Assembly (NCBI GenBank): GCA_010015585.1
Contig: ML975176.1
Strand: one strand, 5' to 3'
DNA: 64,000 nt
DNA from: Eremomyces bilateralis CBS 781.70
Lineage: Eukaryota
Every line of letters starts with the position of its first letter. Position 1 is the stretch's first letter. The position numbers and the translations under genes are program-made. Positions 52,145 to 62,924 of the stretch are shown here, one piece after another. Below the pieces are notes generated by a model. It was not told where the DNA came from. It worked only from the letters and a program-made list of their open reading frames with translations, and did not search any database.

Positions 52145-52835
52145 GATGGGGGAGCAACGAGGACAAGAATTATCAAAAGCGAACACAGTCCATGTCCAAG
52201 ATATGGAGGAACAGGGAGATGTCAACTTCGAGCGGCAGGCATTGAAGAGGATCGAGTTAGATACCCAATTGTGAGCAGGATGGAGGTATGGTAGTGGTTA
52301 ATGAGATGTAAAGCACACAATAGGTAGGGTAGCTCCCAGATGCAGGTCACCAGGTGATACACGTACGCAAAGGTGTATGGATTAGGAGCGATACTGACAT
52401 GTACCTAAGGAGTAGTAAGTACAGTGCTTCGTGGGCGAATCCGGGGGAGGCCGACGGAGGAAGTCAATCGGGACTCGGGATGTACGGAATATTCCATACA
52501 AGATTAGGTAACATACGACTAGGTAGCTAGCAGACGGTAAATTACAAATTACGATACATCCACGTGCACGGCCAGTGCAAAATAGGAGAAAAAGAAGCCT
52601 CAGGCTGCAAGGCGCCAATTCTAATATACCGATGTGGACATCGATGGACAGCAATTTGGACAGCAATTTCTCCACGTCACCCCGAGTTACCGAAATCATC
52701 ACCACCCAACGCAATCTCCTTAGGTGCATTCAAACAAGCATTTCCATTGACTGCTTAGAGGATCTGTCGTGATTGCATTCTACCTATAGCTTGCCTATCA
52801 TGACATGGACTCCAGTTCCGACCCTGCCAACATCC

Positions 52836-54569
52836 CTATTGTCCCAACGTTTTCAGCTTTTCAATCGCTCCTTTTAACAGCGTAACTACCTTGGATAGCG
52901 AGCCTTGCGCACCTGAGGGTACCGCCGCTGGCGGGTTGGCTGTACCAGGTGATGCCGGAGCTGCCGGAGCTTCCGGAACTGGAATTGATGGCTTCGTTGC
53001 AACAGGTGATTCAGACTGAACAGGTGAAGCAGCTCCTGCTGGCTCCGCTGCGAACATGAAATTGGCCAGCGCCATTGCTTCAGCTCCCATATCATGGTTC
53101 TGTGAATCGGGTCGCCTGTTGAATTGGTTAGCTTCTCGGTCGTCCCTCATACATGGGACGCCTTACAATTTATGCTTTGTCAGGTCATACAGCGACGTCA
53201 TCGTCAGGATGTCTCCTGTCGAAACTTTGACGGCTTCCAGGCACTCGGTATATCCAGATATGGTCTCCCACGTATCAGTGCCGACCGATAGCGCCGAATC
53301 TCCCTCATCGCCGCCATAGATCGCATCGGAATGACAGACCAGTGTTCCGTTGCGGAAGACCTCGATGTTGATGGCCCCATCGTGTAGATGCGGTGCTGAA
53401 ATTTGTCAGTCCAATCCCTTGGAACTTCCGGGAATCATACTAAAGTTGATCAGATAGCCATTGGCTCCTGCAATCCATTCATTCGACGTGAATGTAATAG
53501 GACCGTCCGCCGGGGGATCTGTTCCTGTCAGACAATTTATCATGTTCACCGTCGACTAACTTACGGAAGCCAAGACCCCCTTCGCAGCCGTCGATGCTAA
53601 TCGATCCAATGCCAGAATTAAGCCAGCCGGGCTCACGAGGACCTGGAATATACTCGTAGTCCATGCTGAGGTAAATATCCTTCTCGTACGGATTATAGTT
53701 GACCGCCTCCACCATCGCCGTGAAGGTGTCATTGCTTCCAATGTAAAATCCACTCTTAACCTTCGGGTCTTTCGAGGCAAAAACTTGCGGCGACGCATCC
53801 TCACCGGTGCCAACGAGAACGGAAATCGCAGGCATTTGGAAACCCGGAGGAACCGATATACCTTCGGGAGCCATCGGCGTACCCTCCGAACCGGAATGAT
53901 CATGTTGGCGCTTGTTCTTGCGGCCATGCGAATGGCCACCAGAGGGAGCCCCAGCACCGCTCCCCCCCATCCCACCCATAGCGGCACCGCCGAGCGCACC
54001 AAGTGAGTCAAACCCTCCCCCTTTGGTTCCGTTCTTGCATCTAGCTTCGACGGGAAGTGTCACCATCGGTCGCCCGATGTCCATCATGATAATATGGTGC
54101 GTATAAACGCCAAAACCAGTATCCTGTCGAGAACCGTTCGCGAAGGCCACTTGGGCTTGCGCTCGAAGGACCATACACCCGTTACAGATCCCAGACAAGA
54201 CGACATTGAAAATGTCGCTATTCGAGTCTAGCTTGAGTCCGGCCGCTGGGTCGTGTGTGGCCTATCCTATCGTCAGCCACCTGGAATCAATGCTTATAGG
54301 AAGCAGTGGAACTCTACATTTGAGGACTGCAGCTTGAATGGGCCCCACACTTTCAATTCCCGCTTGGCAGCAGGATCGAACTCCGGCTCCAATGTAGAGA
54401 TCGTCACGCCCTCCAGTAGGTCTCCGGAAGGAGTATCAAATAAGCCTTGCCGGGGCGCTGATACCGTTAGAGATCGATCAACTCTTAACGAGACCTACTC
54501 ACCTAGTTTGCGTGGCACCGCTGCTGCCATGGCAAGGATAGGAAGCGAAAGAACTGTGAACGACTTCAT
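52836..54569 (-). CDS. Secreted hypothetical protein with copper type II monooxygenase (PHM/DBH)-like motifs
   Basis: Signal peptide MKSFTVLSLPILAMAAA. Six exons. Motifs VWGPF, CNGC, YTHH, TPHLHDG, GDILTMTSLYD, EAM. Ala/Pro-rich tail. Confidence 0.75.
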
Positions 54570-55711
54570 CTTGAAAAACGAGAGCGAAAGTCCAGCCCTT
54601 CCGATTCAATCGAGTGCACTGGATCAATGTGGGATCAAACATTTTGTTCATTGGTCTCAAGCAACTTTATATGTAGTGGCTAGCCTACTCGGTTGTGATT
54701 TTTACCGTATGAGTCGTGCACATTTTTGGATGGGTGGAATAGTAGATGCACAAAGTTATGCTACCTGTCTTTATCCACGAGGACATGAATCTGAGCATAC
54801 TAGTAAGATATTGGAAGCGAAGGTAAATTGCGGGTATGCGACGGAAAGAAAGATGGATAGATGAAGTGTAGATTGCAAACGAGGAATTCATCGTGGCGAT
54901 CTTCCCCCAGGTTATTGATCGTCGTAGTAGCACTCTCTTGCGTTTGGGGAATTCCAAAATAAGGTAGTTGCAATATAAAAGGTGTTAAACCATCAAGCTA
55001 CACCAAGCTTTCAGATAGATTATTCTGTAAGTTAACAGTAGATTCACGATGAGGTTGTCTAACACTTTGCCTCAAGATTACGGGGCTTGATTATCAATGT
55101 TTCAGGGCCATTTATATCTTCAATTTCCGGGGGCTATGCTATACATTGTTCCCGTGTAAAAGTACGGTCGTTCATCTTGTGATGGTGCGACCGTAAACCG
55201 CGTCAAATTCACTCCATGTATTGCTGACGGCAGAGAGATGCTTTGTGAGACGTTTCATATCCATTTGAATCTATTAGTACAGTATGCCAGCGATCCCTGG
55301 TCTTCAACCCTGCATGATCCGCTTCGTGAAGGTGCCATAAGGTAATTGCCGTCCATTACTCAATGCACCTTATCCACCAATTTCCACGGATATCCACTTC
55401 GGCTCTCACGGTCAGAGACCAACGCCCTCCTTGAATATCGAAGGCAGAAACAAAACCGAAAACAGCCTCTTGTGTAAACGCCATTTGACTGTAGAAATCA
55501 CCCAGACATGGTCGCTCAAGTCGCGCCACGCCAGCAACGGAGCAACAGTTCCATTGTCAATATTCCTGGAATAAGCGCCACCGATGCATGCCCAGTTGGT
55601 CCGCTTGATGTGAGCTTCGGTACGAGTAACAAACAATATTAACAACTCGGACAAGTGGAGAAAAACCAACCCTCACGCGTAGGAGGAGAAGGGTGGTAGG
55701 AAAAAAAAACC

Positions 55712-58700
55712 CTATCTGCGGAGCTGCGTAGACTGCTTTGGTCGCATGAACGGCAAGGGTTTGGTGGGATCCGGTGGGTCAAGGAACGCCCCGAGGACAT
55801 CGGACATTTCCTTGAAATCAACCGGCTTGGTGACGTACGAGTTGAATTGAGCTTCGACGCATTGGTTGTACACATCGCCCATGACATTGGCGGACAGGGC
55901 GATGATCGGCATATGGGGATATTGATTCTTGCGTTCCCACGCACGGATTTCTTTGCAGGTTTCGAACCCATCCTTGTTGGGCATATGGAGATCGCACTGG
56001 GGGTTGTTAGGATTGATCAGTCGGGTGGAAGGGTTGACTCACAAGAATGATGGAGTAGTAATCATGATTATGGACGAAGACAGCATCGACGCACTGGACG
56101 CCATCTTGGACGAGTTCAAGATCTATGTTTGCCTTCTTCATGAATTTCACCAAAACCTGGGCTCATTAGCCGCCGCACGCAATATAATCCAAGGAAACAT
56201 ACCTGCTGATTCGTCGGGTTATCCTCGACCAACATGACTTTATACCCTTTCTTCCCAAATCTCGTCGAGAGATCTTCGAACAGCTGCTTCTGAGTCATCG
56301 CCGTCGCCTGAGCGCTGTCCATGTTGCGATCTTTGCTCATCTCATGTTCCTTCCAAGGATCAAAAATCTCCGCGACTTTGGATGGCTTGACCGGCTTGAA
56401 CAAAAAGTATAGTTTTCGGTCCGCCTGAATTCTCTCGTAGTCCAACTTCGGTCTCGCTTCCGTGATATCCTTCTTTTGATGGAGGTCGGAAATGACCACC
56501 AGGGAGGTCGCCGCATGAGCATCGGTGTTGGTGATCACATCCATAAAGGCAACGATCTCGTCCACCTCCTTGAGGTTTAAAACCACATGAGTGAATCGAA
56601 CCGGATCTTCGCCGCTTAATAAATCCTTGCAATCTGCCATGTCCTCTTTCGCAGAGATATGCTGGGCGGATGTTTTCGGGAGGCAAGATTCGATGTGCTT
56701 CACAATGGCAGTCCTCGCATGAAGGAGTGGACAGACAACCAATATCGAGTACAGCGTGAGCGGCACGGTACTGATGCTGGCTGCTGGACTTTGGCCGCCT
56801 GTGGGTCCGACGGTCTCCCCACTTGCCTCCGACCGATCTCCAGGCTTCTCGCGACTTTCAGCAGGCAACTCCAGGTCAATGGGCACTCTGCTTGATTCCG
56901 GCAAGTATGACGATGCAGACGAGCGTTCGGATTGAATGCTGCTCCTCGCCGTGCGAGACATGGAGATCGAGGATGCTCCGGACGATTGCATGGAACTTCC
57001 GGGAGACGGCGTGTAAGGAACCGGAGATGCCGAATAGCCTTTCACGGTGGATATCGGCTCCACTTTCCCATCATGGGTTTCTCTTCGAGTTGTATTCGGT
57101 GGGTGAGAGTCCGATGTGGCGACGCGAGTTGGAGGATGGTCGTCATCCGACGGAAGGCGAAAGTTCAGTGTAAAGGTGAATGTCGACCCTTTTCCTGGAA
57201 CACTCTTCGCCGTCAGTTGACCTCCGTGAAGTTCCACAAGCTGCATGGAAATGGCTAGTCCTAGTCCCGTTCCGCCATGCTGTCGGGTACTCCCCTTTTC
57301 GAGCTGGCTGAATCGTTTGAAGAGGTATTCTGCTTCTGCCTCCGTAAAACCGGACCCGGTATCGATTACGTCGAATTGAACCAGTGTTTGGAAGGGGTCC
57401 TTGCCTTTTGGTGTTTCGCAGAGCCGACAATGGACGAAAATTTCGCCTTGGTTGGTGAATTTGATCGCATTGCCGATGACATTGAGGAGAACTTGTCTGA
57501 TTCGGAACTGATCGCCTTTGAGCATCCTTGGGACATTTTCTTCCACCAAGTAGTTCAGTTCCAGTCCTTTGTTGATGGCGAGCGCTGCGGTCAAATCATT
57601 GACCTCCTCGATCAAGCCACGAACGTGAAGCCAATCCATCGAGAGTGTGATCATTCCCGCTTCCACCTTCGAGAGATCCAGGATGTCATTGATCAGATTT
57701 CGTAGGCTTTCCGTGCTCCGCCGGAGGATTTCCACATTCTCCATTTGCTCGGTGTTCAGGGCGCTCGCCATCAACAGATTGACCATGCCGATGATACCGT
57801 TCAGAGGGGTACGAATCTCGTGAGACATGTTGCTGAGAAATCGCGACTTGGCATCCATGGTCTCCTTCAGGGTCTGCTCCAGGAGCTTGTGGTCATTGAT
57901 GTCCGTGCAAGTGCCGTACCACAACTCGTCCTCATCTTCCTGGATCACTTTTTCTGCAAGCTGAACCCGCACCAGATGCCATCGATAGGTTCCGTGTTTA
58001 GATTTGAGCCGAACTTCGGTGGAGTACGAGGGCCGGCCGTCGGTATCACGAGACACCTTCAGAATACCCATGCCCGCCAGTTTCGACAGCTGCGCCTGAG
58101 GCAGCCTCGCAGGGATGGGAGATGTGGAACCAGGACTGGTGACGGTTTTGGTGGTCTCGATCGAATCATCGGATGGTGTCTGGGTCAAATCGGACACTGG
58201 TCGTCGAGGTTCCGGTGGCACGGACGTGGGCACATTCGTCGGCGCGGAACTTTCATCGTCCTCGAACGTTGGCAGCTTGCATTTCGCAATGTCCTCATGG
58301 TGCACATAGTCGGTGAAACCTAGTCCAAGAGCCTGTGACTCAATCTGGCCGGAATAGTGGAGCCACTGGGAGTTGCAGAAAGTCAACCCCTTGGATCGGG
58401 TGACCACAAAGACGATTTGAGGGCTGGAGTTCGCCAACGCTCGATATTTTGCCTCGGACGCCTCCGTCTCCTGTTGTCGGGAGGCATTTACTTCCGCCAC
58501 GTGTTGTTCATGGATGTCCATATATGTCGCGGCCCAGTGAACGATGCTTTGTCGCCGGTCTTTAAGGGGTGTGGCGCGCACAAAAAACCATCGATATTGA
58601 CCATCGAACCGTTGCAAGCGGACCTTGTGAGAGAACGGTTGCCCGGTCGCGAGAGAATGGTGCCACTGTTTCATGTAGTCGTCGCGATCTTCGGGATGGA

Positions 58701-61700
58701 CGGCCTGCCACGGCTCGTCGAGGATTTGACGTGAATCCTGTCCGCGATACACATGAAATTTGGAATTGGCCCATGTCAATGCACCGGTGAGAGGGGCAGC
58801 GATGAAGATCTGCACGGGAAGGGAGTCAACGATGATTCGCAGAAGTTTCTCGGAAGGCGGCGGCATCGGGATGCTTTCGGTTACCGAGCTTGTCCTGACC
58901 AGACCAGGAGTGCGAGTGGTGACCGTTGTGGCAGAGGGAACGGACTGGAAAGTCGAACCAAAATCCGCCCCGTAAGAGTGCAAGTACGTGTGTCGCCGGT
59001 CTCCAAAATGAGTTTGTTTGGGGACCTTTCCTGCGGACTCTGGGCCGGGGGCGTTTTCCATGCCGACTTTCTCTTCGGATTCGCGAGGCTTGGGGGTATT
59101 ATCATCGTGAGCCGTCAGGACTGGAAGTCGCTGTGCATGAGCTCGTCGGGCTTCTGGCTTCGCAGAAGTGCTGGCTGATGGGACTTGCGATCCAATTTCT
59201 GGTTCGTGAATAGGTCTTGACTTCGCGTCAAAATAGCTTTCCACCATTTCTGCACCTCCCATCGGTGCTGGCGTCCCATGAACTGAATGACGCCCAGTGG
59301 TAGAGGACATGCCAACGAAGGACGCGTCCCAACCTGGTGTTCCACTGATCGAGCCGCCAGGACTATGTCGGGAGCGACTTGAGTACTCCGATGGACTTGT
59401 TAAGCTTCCAGCACCCGATACCGTCGCTGGATCGAGATCGATGTTGAGCAAATCGTCAAGCGTTTCCGGCTCGGCAGACATGCCCGACAAACCAAGACGG
59501 TGACCGGAGCCATATCGGCGGTGAGAGCTGCGGACTGCTTGAAGGCGTGCATTGGTGAATTGTTGTGCATTGTGGAATGACGTCGCGAGATGAGGTCCAA
59601 GAAGCTGGAGGGATTTTGCAAGGCCTTGCGAATATGGAACTGTGTTGGACAACACCGATAAGATGGCAATTGGAGCTCTGCGAAAGACCAGTTGATCCAT
59701 CGGGACTTTCGATTTCTTCTCTTTAGGAGGTTCTTTTCCCTTGCCCTGTTCATCCCGTGCGGAAGTGAATGGCATCAGCTGTGAGAGAAGGGGATGAATC
59801 AGGGGGACATGGATGACGGTGCTTGCTTTGTCCACACCGATTGCTTCGATCGGACCGTATTGTGCATAGTCTTGCTGGCTAGCCGTGGGATTGAAACTTT
59901 CTTCATCCACATTTCCAGTATTGAAGAAGGGGCTTTCCTCGGTTTCCGTTTGAATGGCGGGAGAGGGTGCAGGAGACTGCGACCAAGGTGATGTTGGATG
60001 CTGTTCGTATTCCTCGTATTGACCATGTTTCTTGGAGAGGGCGAAGTAATCCGGGACCGTCGTGGGTTCCGACGATTTCCCGGAGAGCATATCCGCCTGA
60101 GATCTGGTGGCCATGCGCTTTGGCTGCGGTTGCTCACCAGAGCTCCGACTCGACGCATCGCTCAAGTTGCTTTCGCCTGGTACACCAGAAGATTTACTTG
60201 GTCCTTCGGAATGACCATCGTGAAGACTGTAGTCTCTCGTCAGGGCGACGAGCTTGCCCTGCTCAAGAACTCGGTTGACGCCGGAGCTGTCGATAAGGGG
60301 GTCAACTTCGTGATCTAGAGCGCGAAGGATCGGAAATACTCGAGCGTGCGGATCTTGTAGCACTTCCTCACCCGTTGACGAGAAGTCCATGTCACTGAAT
60401 GACAGAGAATCGTTTCGGGATTGTTGAGAAACGTCGGTGTGGGTTGAGGAGAGATACGATGCCTGGCTTGCGTTTCGCATCAAACCTTTTGGACGCGGGG
60501 CCACGCTTGCACGAGCATCATCCGGGCGTCCCGTGCGTTTGCCACGTTCATAACCAGCATATGAGTGTCGTGTCGCCAAGTTGGGTCTCTCAGGGATTTC
60601 GACGGGCCGCCATTGAAGCTGTTCGTCGGGACCATGGGAAGGATCTGATTGGGGTTTGGTCTGGGACGAATCTTGCGTATTTTGAGCATTGTGAAGACCG
60701 GATTTGTCGTAAGAGGCTTTCTGCCCCCAAGGTACATTCTCCAGTTCACCAGCATCCGCCGGAAGGGCGAGGGTTGCGCGCTGGGCGCCGTAGGAATCGT
60801 GCAGGATGTTGGTAAGATTGGACCAGAATGGGTCGAGGCCCGGATCATTGTTCAAACGAAGAACTAATTCATAAAGATTCGGCGGTGGACAAATGGAACC
60901 AGTAGAAGCCTGATCTTGCTCACCAGGCATGAAGGTAGCGGGAGACGCTATGGGCGTGCTGAATTCGGAGACTTGATATTCTCGAGGGGTGCGAGCGTGT
61001 TGATTGGTCGAGCTTGAAGGGGATAATGCGGTGAAGGGTTGGAAGGAGGAGGATCGAGGAAGTGGAGCGCCTGGAACATAAGGGAATGGATAGGCCGGAG
61101 TTCTTGTAGGAACATTGCCACGGACAGTTTTGGTGGAATCGGCCGAGTCCGTGGATGTTGTTTGTGGATTCGGGGACGTGGGGGTATTGAAGGAGGCTTC
61201 GAGTGAAGGCGATAGCGAGGTTACCGAGTCTTCTTCCTTGATAGGTGAAATTCTTCGAGCACCAAGAGCAGCAGGATTGCGAGCGGTCGTCGTTGGAGAT
61301 GGCCTCGTCCTCGCACGTTGCGAATTGAGCGAGATGCTTGCGTTGACTTCTTCTCGCAATCTCTCCATCCTCTCGACACCTGCAGGCACAGGGGCGTCCT
61401 CTCCACTTGTTCCAATTTCCATCGTGCCCGGCTCGACCGTTGCACCTCTTGAACTCATGTCTTGCCCTGAATCATCTTCAGTCGATGAGCCCTGCGATGG
61501 CGTTTCCGAGGCCGATGTCACCGTCGCGGATCCCGTCGCGGATCCTCGACGGGAATCCAAACTGACCGTTGTCCGCTGCAACGCTGGCCGCAGACGAACG
61601 GGTTCATTTGGACTCGATGATTGTTGTTCGACTCGAGGGCTGCTGGAGCCAGCTTCTTCGGGAGTGACACCGGCTGTGTCCGACAACGGATGCGGTGTGG

Positions 61701-61731
61701 ATGGTTTCATCTCGGGTTGACCACCATCCAT
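55712..61731 (-). CDS. Hybrid histidine kinase (PAS/PAC-PAS/PAC-HisKA-HATPase-pseudoREC-REC; fungal group V/PhkB-like)
   Basis: AVHPEDR..RRFDGQYRWF (PAS/PAC), FLSNMSHEIRTPLNG, NVIGNAIKFT, DTGSG, GGTGLGL, and receiver LVEDN..IIL|CDLHMP..IIALSAN..YVTKPV. Two introns near the 3' end. Confidence 0.95.
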
Positions 61732-62924
61732 CCACCGTAACTACCGCGACGGGAAGAAATGAGCGACATTACAGGTTTACCAACTAAGTGATCGAGAGAT
61801 CGTCGTGAAGGTGCATATCGTAACGAACGAGTTGGTGATTGCTGGTGGTGTTTGTTGTTGTTGTGGGATGGTGGTGGTAGAGGTGGTAGTGGTGAGGTGC
61901 AAGTGTGAAGAGGCAGGGAGTCGAAATTGGCCGATGACGTCGACGGGATGGTGGTCCAAGCAACGGTGAAAACGGTGACAAAGACGACGAAGTACGACCT
62001 GAGGTCTAACCGGAGGCACCGCAGGGAAATTGTGGCAAAAGCAATCGACTCGTCTCAAGACGAGTTGAGAAAAGACGAACAATCTGAGCTAGATTGGTGC
62101 AGGGAGCGGGTGTTGGGTGGAGAGTTGAGAGGTTGGTTGCGAAAATGGACCACGACGAAAGGGAGGGATTTGAGGAATTCAGGATTGGTATGGAGTATCG
62201 ATAGGGTAATAGAATAGAATACCTTACAGAGCTCTTACAGAATACTGGATTCTCTTGATTCTTGATCCAAGGCCCTTTCCGCTCTCACACGGCGCACCCA
62301 ATGCACCGTTTCTTCCACAACTCCACCGGGAGTCAGGGAGTTCCACACAGGATGGGAATGATCGACAGCTGTACCATACAGATCGTGGTATTTAACTGTT
62401 CTGTATTCTTTGCTCCGTACTAGCGGTAGTACCGTACACAAATTTCAATCGCCGTTCCCGCGTCAGGACCTCAGGGGGTCACCTTTCCCACGACCCTGAT
62501 CCCAACCAGGAAGAGATGATGATAATGATGTCTAATCTAAAGCCGAAAGCCAAACACAGCTGTGACGTAGGAGGTTGGGGGAGAAGCCGACGTTCCCGAG
62601 AGTCCGAGACACCACATGCAAGATGCAGTATGCACCTAAGATGCAAGTTGTAAGTTGCAAGTCTTGATGAACATAAGCACGCCTGCATGGACTGCGAATC
62701 TGCAAGCTCCAAGCTGCAAGCTCCAATTTTGAACTCCTGAACTGCAAAAATGATCGGATCGGAGCTGCGACGCCGATTCGTTTTTCATCCCTCGTTACAT
62801 TATTTACATAATATGGAGATCTTACCTAAACCCTGTGACCCTTACATATGGATTAACGGAGGACCCCTTCAAGGGTTCTTGCTCACGCCAAGTCCCGGAA
62901 ATGAAACTATTTCTAATTAGGATA

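Noticed and set aside
52511..52530. ACATACGAC resembling the start of fungal 5S rRNA
   Set aside because: Only about 9 nt match, and the downstream sequence does not follow 5S.
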